Notes: generated by a model not told the origin, from the sequence alone. Positions 1-9,627 are shown, counted from the first letter of the stretch. The stretch: DNA of 51,579 nt from an uncultured Hyphomonadaceae bacterium (GCA_938049795.1 CALLCD010000186.1:1-51579); one strand, 5' to 3'. A program made the numbers and translations.

Positions 1-22
1 TTTTTCGAGAGGATTTGAGACC

Positions 23-700
23 ATGGCCGATATTCTGATGCCCAAAGCCACCGCTGTCTGGCTGATTGACAACACCACGCTGACCTTTGACCAGATCGCC
101 GACTTTTGCGGCCTCCACCATCTCGAAGTCAAAGGCATTGCCGATGGCGATGTCGCCGAAAACATGCGCGGTGTGGACCCAATCGCCGGCGGCGAGCTGA
201 GCCGCGAGGAGATCAAACAGGGCGAAGCTGACAGCGATTACCGGATGAAAGTCGCCCCCTCCAAAATTGCCCACATCCCGCAGCCAAAGCGCAAAGGCGC
301 CCGCTACACCCCCGTCGCACGCCGCGCCGATAAGCCCGACGCGATTGCATGGTTCATCCGCAACCACCCCGAAGTGACCGATGCCCAGATCGGCAAACTG
401 ATCGGCACGACCAAATCCACCATCACCAATGTCCGCGACCGCAGCCATTGGAACGCGCAGAACATCAAGCCGGTTGATCCGGTCACCCTCGGCCTGTGCA
501 CGCAAATCGAGCTCGACGCAATTATTGCCAGATCGGCCGACAAACGCCGCAAAATCGAAGCCGAACGCGCCGAAAACGAAGAAGGTCCTGGTATCACCCC
601 CGCCGAAGATGCCGCCCCCTTCGCAAGCGAAGCCGCACAGGACGCAGACGAAGCAGCCCCAAATCTCTCTGCGGACGATATTTTCAAGAACTTTTCATAG
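23..700 (+). CDS. DUF1013-family protein (TrcR-like alphaproteobacterial cell-cycle transcriptional regulator)
   Basis: 225-aa ORF. The N-terminal block MPKATAVWLIDNTTLTFDQIADFCGLHHLEVKGIADGDVA matches my recollection of the conserved DUF1013 N-terminus. The tail is acidic and low-complexity. A hairpin follows the stop codon. Confidence 0.75.
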   Translation: MADILMPKATAVWLIDNTTLTFDQIADFCGLHHLEVKGIADGDVAENMRGVDPIAGGELSREEIKQGEADSDYRMKVAPSKIAHIPQPKRKGARYTPVARRADKPDAIAWFIRNHPEVTDAQIGKLIGTTKSTITNVRDRSHWNAQNIKPVDPVTLGLCTQIELDAIIARSADKRRKIEAERAENEEGPGITPAEDAAPFASEAAQDADEAAPNLSADDIFKNFS

Positions 701-724
701 TCTTTTCAGGCACACATGACACCG

Positions 725-751
725 GCCCTTCACTTCTCAGGTGAAGGGCTT
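725..751 (+). terminator. Hairpin after the TrcR-like gene (weak intrinsic terminator candidate)
   Basis: A 9-bp perfect stem, GCCCTTCAC (725-733) / GTGAAGGGC (741-749), with a 7-nt loop. It is followed only by TTAAAG, so the U-tract is poor. Confidence 0.4.
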
Positions 752-807
752 AAAGTCGCGCCAAAAGACATCACAAACAAGTGACATAACAAAATAGGCT
801 GGGAAGC

Positions 808-2280
808 ATGGAAGCGTTTTACGGATTTATCGACAATCTAAGTGGATTTATATGGGGCGGCAGTTGGGGAGACACTCAAGTTTTACCGTTTGCCCCGCTG
901 GCGATTTTTCTTCTCGGATCCGGGCTATATTTCATGATACGGCTCGGGTTCCGCCCTCTGCGGCGCTTTATCCCGGCTTTGCGCGAGGTCTGGGCAGGCC
1001 GTAAGGGGGATGGTGATCCGAACACGATCACCGCTTGGCAGGCCCTCTCGACCGCCCTGTCTGGCCAAGTTGGAACGGGTAATCTCGCCGGTGTTGCCAC
1101 GGCAATCACGCTCGGCGGACCGGGCGCAATTTTCTGGATGTGGCTCACAGCCCTGTTCGGCATGGCGCTCGCCTTTGCCGAAAGCTCGCTGGCGATCAAA
1201 TTCCGCGAAAAAGACGTCAATGGCCGGATCAATGGCGGCCCTATGTACTATATCAAAAACGCGTTGGGGCCAAAATGGACCTGGCTCGCCGTGTTTTTCT
1301 GCATCGGCACCCTGTTCTCGGCCACAGCAACCGGCGGCATGGTTCAAGCCAATTCGATCACACAAACCATTGTCCGCAGTGGCGCAGACCTCGGTGTCGG
1401 CATCCCGACCTGGAGTGTTGGCCTTATCCTCGCCATCCTCACTTTTGCGGTCATCATTGGCGGCATTAAGTCTATCGGCAATGTGGCGGGCAAAGTGGTG
1501 CCGTTCATGGCGCTATTCTATGTGCTCGCAGCCGCAACCGTTCTGGTCATCAATGCTGCAGAAATCCCGGGCGCTCTGGCGCTCATCGTGAAGTCTGCCT
1601 TTGGTCTCGAGCAAGCGGCAGGCGGATTGGCGGGCTATGGCATGGCCGCCGCAGTCCGCGCAGGTGTGGCGCGTGGCTTGTTCTCGAACGAAGCCGGGCA
1701 AGGCTCCGCACCGATTGCTCACGCGGCCGCACAAACAAAAAACCCGGTCAAACAGGGCGAGATTGCAATGATCGGTGTGTTTATCGACACGCTTGTCATC
1801 TGCACAATGACCGCTCTGGTTATTCTCACCACAACGGGAAGCTGGATTGCCGCAGACGGCTCAACAACCGAATATATCTGGCTGGCCGCTGATCTGGAAG
1901 CGTCCGCGATTACCAATGCCGCTTATGAAACGGCGATTAAGGGCGGCGGCTGGATCGTCACGATTTGCCTGACACTGTTTGCGTTCACGACCATTATTGG
2001 CTGGTCCTACTATGCCGAACAGGCGATGACCTATCTGATCGGTGAATGGGCGACCAAACCGTTCCGCTATGTCTGGGTTGTTGTGATCTTCTTCGGCGCT
2101 CTGGCCCAAGTCGAGTTCGTCTGGAAGTTCGGCGATCTCGCCAATGCGTCCATGGCCTTCCCGAACCTGATTGCGATCCTTGCCCTGTCCGGTGTGGTCA
2201 TGGCAATGCACAAAAAGAATGGCGATCCCGATACCGAGGACGGCGATTCAGTCATGCTCAAGGGTGAAGGGGTCGAATAG
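808..2280 (+). CDS. Alanine/glycine:cation symporter (AGCS family)
   Basis: 490-aa polytopic membrane ORF. Contains AGCS-type blocks ALSGQVGTGNLAGVATAITLGGPGAIFWMW and FSNEAGQGSAPIAHAAAQT. Confidence 0.9.
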   Translation: MEAFYGFIDNLSGFIWGGSWGDTQVLPFAPLAIFLLGSGLYFMIRLGFRPLRRFIPALREVWAGRKGDGDPNTITAWQALSTALSGQVGTGNLAGVATAITLGGPGAIFWMWLTALFGMALAFAESSLAIKFREKDVNGRINGGPMYYIKNALGPKWTWLAVFFCIGTLFSATATGGMVQANSITQTIVRSGADLGVGIPTWSVGLILAILTFAVIIGGIKSIGNVAGKVVPFMALFYVLAAATVLVINAAEIPGALALIVKSAFGLEQAAGGLAGYGMAAAVRAGVARGLFSNEAGQGSAPIAHAAAQTKNPVKQGEIAMIGVFIDTLVICTMTALVILTTTGSWIAADGSTTEYIWLAADLEASAITNAAYETAIKGGGWIVTICLTLFAFTTIIGWSYYAEQAMTYLIGEWATKPFRYVWVVVIFFGALAQVEFVWKFGDLANASMAFPNLIAILALSGVVMAMHKKNGDPDTEDGDSVMLKGEGVE

Positions 2281-2306
2281 GCCCGCGCTGACACAGCTGA
2301 CAAATC

Positions 2307-2337
2307 AAAAATGGCGGGCTTTCGGGTCCGCCATTTT
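2307..2337. terminator. Bidirectional intrinsic terminator between convergent genes
   Basis: AAAAATGGCGG (2307-2317) pairs with CCGCCATTTT (2328-2337) around a 10-nt loop. There is an A-run on one side and a T-run on the other. It lies between the symporter (+) and the SDR (-). Confidence 0.6.
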
Positions 2338-2349
2338 CGCATCCATCCG

Positions 2350-3066
2350 TCAGGCGGGCACCTCCTTGCCGGACCAGTCAAAATGCTTGCCGCTGTCGGC
2401 AGGCCCCAGCCCTGACAAAACGCCGAGCAAGGCGCGCGCCGCATCCTCTGGCGAAAACAATTCGCGTCCCCCCCGCCCCGTAAACGGCGCAGATAAATCG
2501 GTCGCCACGGTCCCCGGATGCAAACTGACACACACCGCCCGTTCATTGCGCCGCGCCAGCTCCAGCGCATAGTTCCGCACCAGCATATTCAGCGCAGCCT
2601 TGGACGCGCGATAAGCATGCCACCCCCCCAGATGATTGTCCGAAATCGACCCCACTCTTGCCGACAAAACCGCAAACCGGCTTGCCGTCTTCCGATTCAA
2701 AAGCGGCAACATATGTTTGGCCACCAGCGCCGGACCAAATGTATTGGCCGCAAAAATCCGCTCAAACGCGCCAAGCGACTGGTCACGCCATGATTTCTCC
2801 GGCTGCAACCCGTCCCCGTCCGACAACAGCCCCGTAGCCACAATCACCATATCAAGCGGACCCGCATCCGACAGAGTGCCAGCCATCTCGGCCAGCTTTG
2901 CCTCATCGGTCAGATCCGCCCCAAGCGGAACAAAACGTGGATCAGAGATTGGCTCGGGCGCGGCGCGGGCAATGCCATAGACCGTCTCGACCTCGGCGTC
3001 GGCCAAAAGCGCGTCAATCAGCGCCCCGCCAATTCCGCCCCCTGCGCCAAAGACCGCAACCCGCAT
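2350..3066 (-). CDS. Short-chain dehydrogenase/reductase (SDR, C-factor-like)
   Basis: The ORF track gives 2350..3129. I prefer the internal start MRVAVFGAGGGIGGAL (cat at 3064-3066), which puts the Rossmann GxGGxIG motif at the N-terminus. A YRASKAAL catalytic Y-x3-K motif is present. Only 10 nt separate it from the upstream 119-aa ORF. Confidence 0.85.
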   Translation of the reverse strand: MRVAVFGAGGGIGGALIDALLADAEVETVYGIARAAPEPISDPRFVPLGADLTDEAKLAEMAGTLSDAGPLDMVIVATGLLSDGDGLQPEKSWRDQSLGAFERIFAANTFGPALVAKHMLPLLNRKTASRFAVLSARVGSISDNHLGGWHAYRASKAALNMLVRNYALELARRNERAVCVSLHPGTVATDLSAPFTGRGGRELFSPEDAARALLGVLSGLGPADSGKHFDWSGKEVPA

Positions 3067-3076
3067 CGCGCGCGCC

Positions 3077-3436
3077 TTATACGTTGCGCTCGGCAGCTTT
3101 CGCCACCGCGCGGCGATAGGCCATATCAATCAGCTCCGGCGCCTGAAGCCCCTTCATATCCACCGCCGAGGCCAGATTATGCGCCTTGAGCACCGTCTTG
3201 ATGTCCGCCAGCGTCATCGCCGCAAACGCCGCCCGAAACCCCGCCTCGTCCGAGGTGATCGCAAGCTCGCGCGGATTAACGAGTTTGACCGCAAGCGTAC
3301 CTTCAAAGCTCACCTCCGCCCCAATCGCTTTGACCAGACGGACCGCGAGCTCTGGATTGGCTCGCATTTCCAGCCTGAGCTCCTCGAAAAACCTGTCGAG
3401 CTTCGTAAACGCGTCCTGATCGGTCTCGTCTGTCAT
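3077..3436 (-). CDS. Hypothetical 119-aa protein, candidate partner of the ParA-like ATPase
   Basis: The ORF starts 5 nt after the ParA-like stop and ends 10 nt before the SDR start. It has an acidic N-terminus (MTDETDQDAF), looks helical, and has no TM segment. I recognise no family. Confidence 0.6.
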   Translation of the reverse strand: MTDETDQDAFTKLDRFFEELRLEMRANPELAVRLVKAIGAEVSFEGTLAVKLVNPRELAITSDEAGFRAAFAAMTLADIKTVLKAHNLASAVDMKGLQAPELIDMAYRRAVAKAAERNV

Positions 3437-3441
3437 GCGCT

Positions 3442-4365
3442 TTATGTCCTGACCTTGGTAAAGCTCTCATTCCATTTGCGGGCATGGACAAATTTGACAA
3501 ACTCCTCGGCCAGCACCCGCACATCGCCGCGCATCTTGCCATATTTGCCACGGAACGTGTCATAACTGTCCGCCGCCGGCCGATCCATCGCCGTCAACAC
3601 TTGCACCGATTCAGGTATGGTCGGCCCGAACCAGATATCCTTGAGATAAACATTCTGAAGCTCGCTACGGGTCTGGCGGGCATAATTGGTATTTTTAAAA
3701 CGCGTAATCACCGAGAAGCTGCGATTGACAAGATCGGCGCGCACATTCTCACCCACCCACGACATAAACTGCTTAGTCCCCCACGACGACACCGCATCCG
3801 CCAAAGTCGGAATGACAAACACGTCCGCCACCGCCAGCCCCGCCCGCGAGAGCGGCGAGAGATGCGGCGGGCAATCAAGCAGGATCAGATCATAAAGCGG
3901 CAAGAGATCCGAAAACGCATTTTGAAAATGCCGCGCCAGCGCTTCGGACAGTGTCGTCGGCGTGCCCGTGCGCGAATACCATTCCTCCTCCAGCGCCAAC
4001 TCGTCCATGCGCAATTGAGGATGCGCAGGCAGCGCCGAAATCCAGCCAAGCCGTTCGGACTTCATTTCCGCGGCCCGCAATTCCTCAATCGAAACCGCAT
4101 TCGGCATAATGAACGGTCCGGCCATCGCCTTGCGCCCTTCGAGAAACTGGCCAAGCAAGTGATGCGTACCCTTGCCCTGTTCGGACGCGGCATGCACGCC
4201 CTGCTCGGTCAGCAGCATCTGGCTCGAATTGGCCTGCGCATCCAGATCAACCACGAGCACATTCAGCCCGAAATGATAGGCGAGGCTATCAGCCAGCATC
4301 ACAGTTGTTGTCGATTTACCAACCCCGCCTTTGAGATTGGCGATCGCTACGATATTTGCGGACAT
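3442..4365 (-). CDS. ParA/MinD-family P-loop ATPase (orphan ParA-like)
   Basis: Deviant Walker A motif IANLKGGVGKSTT, followed by VLVVDLDAQANSS and a Walker B-like LILLDCPP. The start is placed at MSANIVAI (cat at 4363-4365), as is typical for ParA. The ORF track allows an extension to 4407. Confidence 0.85.
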   Translation of the reverse strand: MSANIVAIANLKGGVGKSTTTVMLADSLAYHFGLNVLVVDLDAQANSSQMLLTEQGVHAASEQGKGTHHLLGQFLEGRKAMAGPFIMPNAVSIEELRAAEMKSERLGWISALPAHPQLRMDELALEEEWYSRTGTPTTLSEALARHFQNAFSDLLPLYDLILLDCPPHLSPLSRAGLAVADVFVIPTLADAVSSWGTKQFMSWVGENVRADLVNRSFSVITRFKNTNYARQTRSELQNVYLKDIWFGPTIPESVQVLTAMDRPAADSYDTFRGKYGKMRGDVRVLAEEFVKFVHARKWNESFTKVRT

Positions 4366-4504
4366 TATCAGGCGGTTCCCATCCGTATTCATTCCCCGCG
4401 CCGCCATATGCGAGCAGATGCTTGGCTGGGATTAATACTACATGGCAGACAAAATGCACCCCTGTATTTTCAATACGATTACAGCCGAAACGGAGCCAGC
4501 TAGG

Positions 4505-5440
4505 TCAAGCGCTCAAATTGTTTCTCAATTGCTTGCCAAGGCGCGACAGCAAATCATGGATAACTTGGGGCGGGGCCGCAAAACACGCCAGGGCGCTGAG
4601 GACATCCCGGCTGTGATAGGCATTGCGCAGCCGCGCCCATGCCCACTTCTTATGACTGAAAATCGCATGCTCGTGCAAAAATTTGCGGGCCTCGGGGCTG
4701 ATCACCCGCATCGCCAGCAAACGGCGGTCGGCCCGGAGAATCTCGCGCAAGTCTTTGGGGTGATGATGACGACTCAGTGACCCAGGCGTCTCATGTGCGA
4801 TATATCCCAGCGGATCAACCAGTCCAAACCGGCCGCCACGTGCCATAAACCGGCAATAGAGATCATAGTCTTCGCCCAGACGCATGTCTTCATTATAGTA
4901 AAGATCATTCTGTCTGAGGAACTCGACCCGCATCAACGGCTTGATATAGCCCAGTTCACGCCCGAGGCCGGTATTGGTCATAATGTTCTCACGCACGAAC
5001 CGTGCAAGAGAGAGATCCATCATACCGAAATCATCATCAGACCATAACCGGCGACAGTTCGCATCTTCCGCCCAGCTATCAATCCGGATCTGATCATCCG
5101 CAACCGAATCCCAGCCGCGCTCCAGCGCAATCGCAAGCATTTTTTCGAGCCGGTCCGGCTCCATCGCATCATCCGCATCAAGCGGCGTCACCCAGTCCGT
5201 CTTCACGAGCCGAAGCGCAGCATTGCGCGCCGCCGCTGGTCCAGCATTCTTGTCCTGACGAACCAGCACCGCTTTCGGATAATCAGCAATTATATCTCTG
5301 ACGATATCGACCGTTCGATCCGTAGACGCATCATCAACAACAATAATGTCAGGCGCACACGTCTGGTTCATGGCGCTTCGCAGAGCGCGCTCTACAAAAC
5401 CTTCTGCATTGTAGACTGCCATAATCACAGAAATTGTCAT
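4505..5440 (-). CDS. Family 2 glycosyltransferase (ExoO/ExoU-like architecture)
   Basis: MTISVIMAVYNAE...IIVVDDASTDRT...LDADDAMEPDRL, i.e. a GT-A fold with the DxD region. It is a paralogue-like match to the ORF at 21478..22437. Confidence 0.9.
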   Translation of the reverse strand: MTISVIMAVYNAEGFVERALRSAMNQTCAPDIIVVDDASTDRTVDIVRDIIADYPKAVLVRQDKNAGPAAARNAALRLVKTDWVTPLDADDAMEPDRLEKMLAIALERGWDSVADDQIRIDSWAEDANCRRLWSDDDFGMMDLSLARFVRENIMTNTGLGRELGYIKPLMRVEFLRQNDLYYNEDMRLGEDYDLYCRFMARGGRFGLVDPLGYIAHETPGSLSRHHHPKDLREILRADRRLLAMRVISPEARKFLHEHAIFSHKKWAWARLRNAYHSRDVLSALACFAAPPQVIHDLLSRLGKQLRNNLSA

Positions 5441-5713
5441 CGTTCGCCTATCAAACTATACTCTACCAAACCTCAATGGCTACTTTGCCAAATTATCCTC
5501 TCACTCATCACCGCATGTGCCATAACAGTAATGATGGCAATTGGGCCCTTCTGAACATGCCATTCATATGCCAGTCGCTTGAACTTGGAGAAGGGTTCAT
5601 TTATTTCTTGTCTCAATCTGTAGTATTGGCAACAATTATCTCTCTCCAAGAGAGTAAAATCTCGAAAAACGGAACAACTTCGTTCAAGGCACGAGTTTTG
5701 CTAGACCCGTTTT

Positions 5714-5725
5714 TGCAAATTTGCA
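5714..5725. promoter_or_regulatory. 12-bp perfect palindrome in a divergent GT2/GT2 promoter region
   Basis: TGCAAATTTGCA lies about 100 bp upstream of the 5823 start, inside a roughly 380-bp AT-rich divergent intergenic region (5441-5822). Confidence 0.25.
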
Positions 5726-5822
5726 GCGAAACCACCGAACGCAAGGTCCGCCACGCGAGCCCGGAACGCACAGCGAGGAACCGCAAGTGAACGCTCTTGA
5801 GCCCGCCAATCGCCCGTCCACG

Positions 5823-6950
5823 ATGTCAGTATCCGTCATCATACCAACTTTCAACCGCGCCGACCTCCTGCGCGAAACCATCGAAGCCGTGCTCGCCCAG
5901 ACCCGCAAGCCCGACGAAATTCTCATCATCAATGATGGCTCCGAAGACCACACAACCGACATCGCCGCAGCCTTCGGCGACCAAGTCTCCCTCATCTCCA
6001 AACCCAATTCAGGCAAAGCCGACAGCCTGAACCAAGCCATCGCCGCAAGCACGGGCAGCCACATCTGGATTGTCGATGATGACGATCTTCCCCGCGCCGA
6101 AGCCCTTGCAATCTTAACCAAGCTTTTAGCCGCCAATACGGGCGCGCAGATCGCCTATGGCCGCCACATCCGCTTTTCCCAAGACACTCCCGGCGGCGAG
6201 AAAACCTATCAGGAAACCGGCTACTGGGACACCCGCGGACCGGAGCATTTCCTGATCGCCACGCTCGAGGACTTCTTCGTCCACCAGCCCGCCATGCTCG
6301 TCGCCCGCACCCTGTACGACCAAGCCGGCCCGTTCAACACCGCGATGATCGCCTCCGAAGACTATGACATGCTCGTCCGGCTCGCCCTGCACGGCGAGGC
6401 GGCGGCCACCGATCAGATCATTTTCGAACAGCGCGTCCATGCCGGTGTGCGCGGCCAGAAAGGTCATCAATTTGCAGCCAAAGACCGCAATGCCAAATGG
6501 ATAGATTACGACCAGAAAATCTTTGAGGCCGTCCATGCCAACCTGCCGCTCGACGCTTACCTGCCCAAACACCATGCCGACCCGCAAAGCACCCCATCAA
6601 GGCGTCAGGCCCTGATCCAGCGTGCCAGCATCATGGCCCGCAAAAAACTCTGGCCGCTCGCCTTTGCCGATCTCAACACCATCAGCGCCGCCCCCATCCA
6701 AACCCCGCTCACAGACACCGAACGCACGATTTTGCGCCGTGCCCTCCTATCCAAATATGGCTGTGACGAACTGTTTGACGCGCCAGACATCCGCACCGAA
6801 CTCCAAAATCTCGCCGCCGCCTCCCCACTCGGACGCGCCCTCGTCCGGGGCATAGGCCGGAGCCTCTTATGGCATTTCAAGACGGACCTCACCGGCGGAC
6901 ATATCCGCCGCGCCACCCGCGCCATAATGACCTATCTGGCGCTGCGCTAA
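5823..6950 (+). CDS. Family 2 glycosyltransferase
   Basis: MSVSVIIPTFNRADLLRETIEAVLAQT...ILIINDGSEDHT...IWIVDDDD. The start is chosen at the ATG at 5823, where the GT-A motif begins. The ORF track extends to 5721. Confidence 0.85.
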   Translation: MSVSVIIPTFNRADLLRETIEAVLAQTRKPDEILIINDGSEDHTTDIAAAFGDQVSLISKPNSGKADSLNQAIAASTGSHIWIVDDDDLPRAEALAILTKLLAANTGAQIAYGRHIRFSQDTPGGEKTYQETGYWDTRGPEHFLIATLEDFFVHQPAMLVARTLYDQAGPFNTAMIASEDYDMLVRLALHGEAAATDQIIFEQRVHAGVRGQKGHQFAAKDRNAKWIDYDQKIFEAVHANLPLDAYLPKHHADPQSTPSRRQALIQRASIMARKKLWPLAFADLNTISAAPIQTPLTDTERTILRRALLSKYGCDELFDAPDIRTELQNLAAASPLGRALVRGIGRSLLWHFKTDLTGGHIRRATRAIMTYLALR

Positions 6951-7105
6951 CCCGTTTTCAGGACAAACAAAACCAATTCAACCCCTTGTGATCGCCATAT
7001 TCTACGGGCTAAAACATGGTTAACACCGAACTTAAGGCTTGATTACGCCCGCTTGGCATGATCCACGCATAATCCTTCCCAAGCTGGCAAGACGAGTCCC
7101 CCCTC

Positions 7106-8554
7106 ATGAGCGACCTGACACAAACCGCCACAAAGGGCACCGCCTGGAATACGGTCGCAAGCCTTGCGCGAATTGCGTCCGCTCTGCTCATTCTGCCGAT
7201 CCTGACCCGCCTACTCGATCCGGCCGATTTCGGCATCCTCGCCGTCGGCATGCCGGTCATCCTGTTCATGATGCTGTTTAATGATATGGGCATCGGCCCG
7301 GCGCTGGTCCGCGCGGACAATCCGTCCAAATCCTTCTGGTCCACGGCCTTTTTCACCAATCTGGTCATGGGCACGCTGTTAACAATCATTGTTTACGCGA
7401 CCGCAGGGCTGGCCGCCGACGCCTTCAAAACACCGCGCGCCGAGCCAATCCTGCAAGCCCTCGCCTTTGCCCTAATCCTGAACTGTTTCAGCGTCGTCCC
7501 AGGCGCATGGTTAATGCGCCAATTCAACTTCCGCGCGCTCGCCATCATCGAAATCGTCTCAAGCTTTACCGGCATCGCCGTGGCGATCTACACCGCACAA
7601 CAGGGCGCGGGGGCATGGGCGCTCGTCTGGCAGCAATTAACCATGTTTGCCTTCAAATCAACGCTGCTGTGGGCATGCGCGCGGGTGCCATTGGCATTAA
7701 CCTTCGATTGGCGCGAGATCAAAGCCATTTTGCCCTTCATTTCGAACCTTTTGGGCTCACAGATCATCAACTTTTTCGCCCGCAACAGCGACAATTTCAT
7801 CATAGCCCGGGTCTTGGGCGAGGCGGCACTTGGCTTCTACTCGATTGCCTACCGGATCATGCTCCTGCCGATCCAGTTCTTCGCCTGGGGCATCGCCAGC
7901 GTCCTGTTGCCAACGCTTTCAACCTTCAAAACGGATCTTCCACGGGTTAAACAGGCCTGTTTGCGCGTGTTCCGGATCATCGCCCTGATTACATTTCCCG
8001 CTATGGCCGGCATCGCCGCGCTATCGGAACCGATTATCGGGGTTATCTTGGGCCCAAAAATGCTCCCCGCCGCCCCAATATTAGCTATTTTGGCGCCAAT
8101 CGGCGCATTTCAGAGCCTTTCAAGTTCCCAAGGCGCCATGTTCATGACCCTTGGACGCACCGATATTCTGCTCCGCTATACCTTATTGACCACAATCATT
8201 GTGGTGATTGCCTTCGTAATCGGCACCAGATTTGGGCTCGTCGGCACCGCCATCGCGTATCTGATCGGCAATATGATCCTTGTCGTCCCGATTTTCCGGT
8301 CTCTGCTCGGCCTGATGGATGGGACTCTGCGCGATATGTGGGGCGCGGTCGGCATAACCGCAATCAATGCCCTGCTGATGGGCGCAATCATCTATTTATT
8401 GGCTGAATACCTTCGGTTTTCGGGCGCGACTGATCTCGAAACCCTGCTCATCTGCATTCCCGCCGGCGGCGCCCTCTATGGCGCATTACTTCTACTGACC
8501 GATCGGAAGGCCATTCCGGAACTCTTCGATCTCGGCCGAAAAGTGATCGCATAG
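7106..8554 (+). CDS. MOP-superfamily polysaccharide flippase (Wzx / PST-type)
   Basis: 482-aa ORF with about 12-14 hydrophobic helices. The N-terminus KGTAWNTVASLARIASALLILPILTRLLDPADFG is typical of Wzx/RfbX-like proteins. Confidence 0.8.
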   Translation: MSDLTQTATKGTAWNTVASLARIASALLILPILTRLLDPADFGILAVGMPVILFMMLFNDMGIGPALVRADNPSKSFWSTAFFTNLVMGTLLTIIVYATAGLAADAFKTPRAEPILQALAFALILNCFSVVPGAWLMRQFNFRALAIIEIVSSFTGIAVAIYTAQQGAGAWALVWQQLTMFAFKSTLLWACARVPLALTFDWREIKAILPFISNLLGSQIINFFARNSDNFIIARVLGEAALGFYSIAYRIMLLPIQFFAWGIASVLLPTLSTFKTDLPRVKQACLRVFRIIALITFPAMAGIAALSEPIIGVILGPKMLPAAPILAILAPIGAFQSLSSSQGAMFMTLGRTDILLRYTLLTTIIVVIAFVIGTRFGLVGTAIAYLIGNMILVVPIFRSLLGLMDGTLRDMWGAVGITAINALLMGAIIYLLAEYLRFSGATDLETLLICIPAGGALYGALLLLTDRKAIPELFDLGRKVIA

Positions 8555-8642
8555 GCAATGATATCGCAGGATAATGGTATATGTATTGCACTGAAATCAC
8601 CACAATACACCGCGAAAACGTCGTTTAAGGGCTGCAAAAAGA

Positions 8643-9623
8643 ATGAACACCGCGTTCCCAACCGAAACTGATCTGCCCAAAGTCGCCGTTCTAACGCCGG
8701 TCTACAATGGCGAAACCTATCTGCGCGAAACCCTGCAAAGCGTTCAAGATCAGACCTATCCAAATCTGATCCATATCGTCATCAACAATGCTTCAACCGA
8801 CGCAACAGCCGATATTCTCGCCGATTTCGCCAATGGTGCCGTACCCATCCATACCGTGCGGCACGCCGACCTCCTCCCCCAAATGGAAAACTGGAACAGT
8901 GCAATTGACGCCATTCCAGACGATGCGATCTGGTTTCGCACCCTTTGCGCCGACGACACCATCCACCCCGACGCCATCGCGAAAACAGTGGCCCTGGGCG
9001 AATCCGACCCCGAAATTGGCCTCGTCGGCTGCAAGCGCGACATAAATGGGGCCATCCACGACCCGCTCTGGCCAAAAGATCAGTCCGTATTCGACGGAAA
9101 AACTGCCCTGAAGCGCTTTTTCGAGAATAAGGGTATGATTATGGGGCCGCATGTCCTGATCCGGACCGCTGCCATCGACAAACAGACCCCGTTCTATGAT
9201 CTCGTTGAAAATGCCGCTGACACGGATGCGGCTCTGCGCGTGCTGACCGATTGGAAAATGGGCTTTGTTCACGAGCACCTCGCCTTTACCCGCGTTCACG
9301 ACACCACCGTCACCGAGCTTGAAGTCAGCCCGATGAAACTGCACCTGTTTGACTGGTATCTGTTTCTGCATCGCTATGCCGAAGCGGCGTTTGGCCCGGT
9401 CGCAGGCAAAGCCATGCAGGCACGCTATTGGCGGCACTATGTCCGGCGGCTCATCAACCTGCGCAGAAATGAGCCTCTCGGACGCAAAATCTGGGACACT
9501 CATGCTGAGCGTCTTGGGCGGCTCGGTGCAACCATCGGTCCGACAGATTTCATCAGCGCAACCTTGGACAAGGGGCTTATCCGCGTCGGCCTGCGCGACG
9601 ACTGGTATGCCTATCCGTGGTGA
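8643..9623 (+). CDS. Family 2 glycosyltransferase
   Basis: VAVLTPVYNGETYLRETLQSVQDQTYPNLIHIVINNASTDAT...CADDTIHPD. Confidence 0.85.
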   Translation: MNTAFPTETDLPKVAVLTPVYNGETYLRETLQSVQDQTYPNLIHIVINNASTDATADILADFANGAVPIHTVRHADLLPQMENWNSAIDAIPDDAIWFRTLCADDTIHPDAIAKTVALGESDPEIGLVGCKRDINGAIHDPLWPKDQSVFDGKTALKRFFENKGMIMGPHVLIRTAAIDKQTPFYDLVENAADTDAALRVLTDWKMGFVHEHLAFTRVHDTTVTELEVSPMKLHLFDWYLFLHRYAEAAFGPVAGKAMQARYWRHYVRRLINLRRNEPLGRKIWDTHAERLGRLGATIGPTDFISATLDKGLIRVGLRDDWYAYPW

Positions 9624-9627
9624 TGAT

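Noticed and set aside
3484-4503. A 339-aa plus-strand ORF antisense to the ParA-like gene. Similar long antisense or alternative-frame ORFs occur at 8793..9713, 19101..20096, 25103..26335, 32003..33070, 39732..40826, 41094..42215, 43114..44121, 44291..45499, 45809..46777 and 50723..51490.
   Set aside because: Their translations are Arg/Pro/His/Gln-rich with low complexity and no recognisable motifs. In every case the opposite-strand or other-frame ORF carries clear family signatures. Long spurious ORFs of this kind are expected in high-GC DNA.
5434-5790. A 118-aa ORF in the AT-rich divergent region between two GT2 genes.
   Set aside because: It has odd composition, no RBS and no recognisable domain, and it sits in what looks like promoter DNA. 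It is probably non-coding, but I cannot exclude a small gene without comparative data.
9349-9627. An N-terminal extension of the fourth GT2 gene (track ORF 9349..10569).
   Set aside because: It overlaps the 3' end of the preceding GT2 gene in another frame. The GT-A motif begins right after the ATG at 9628.
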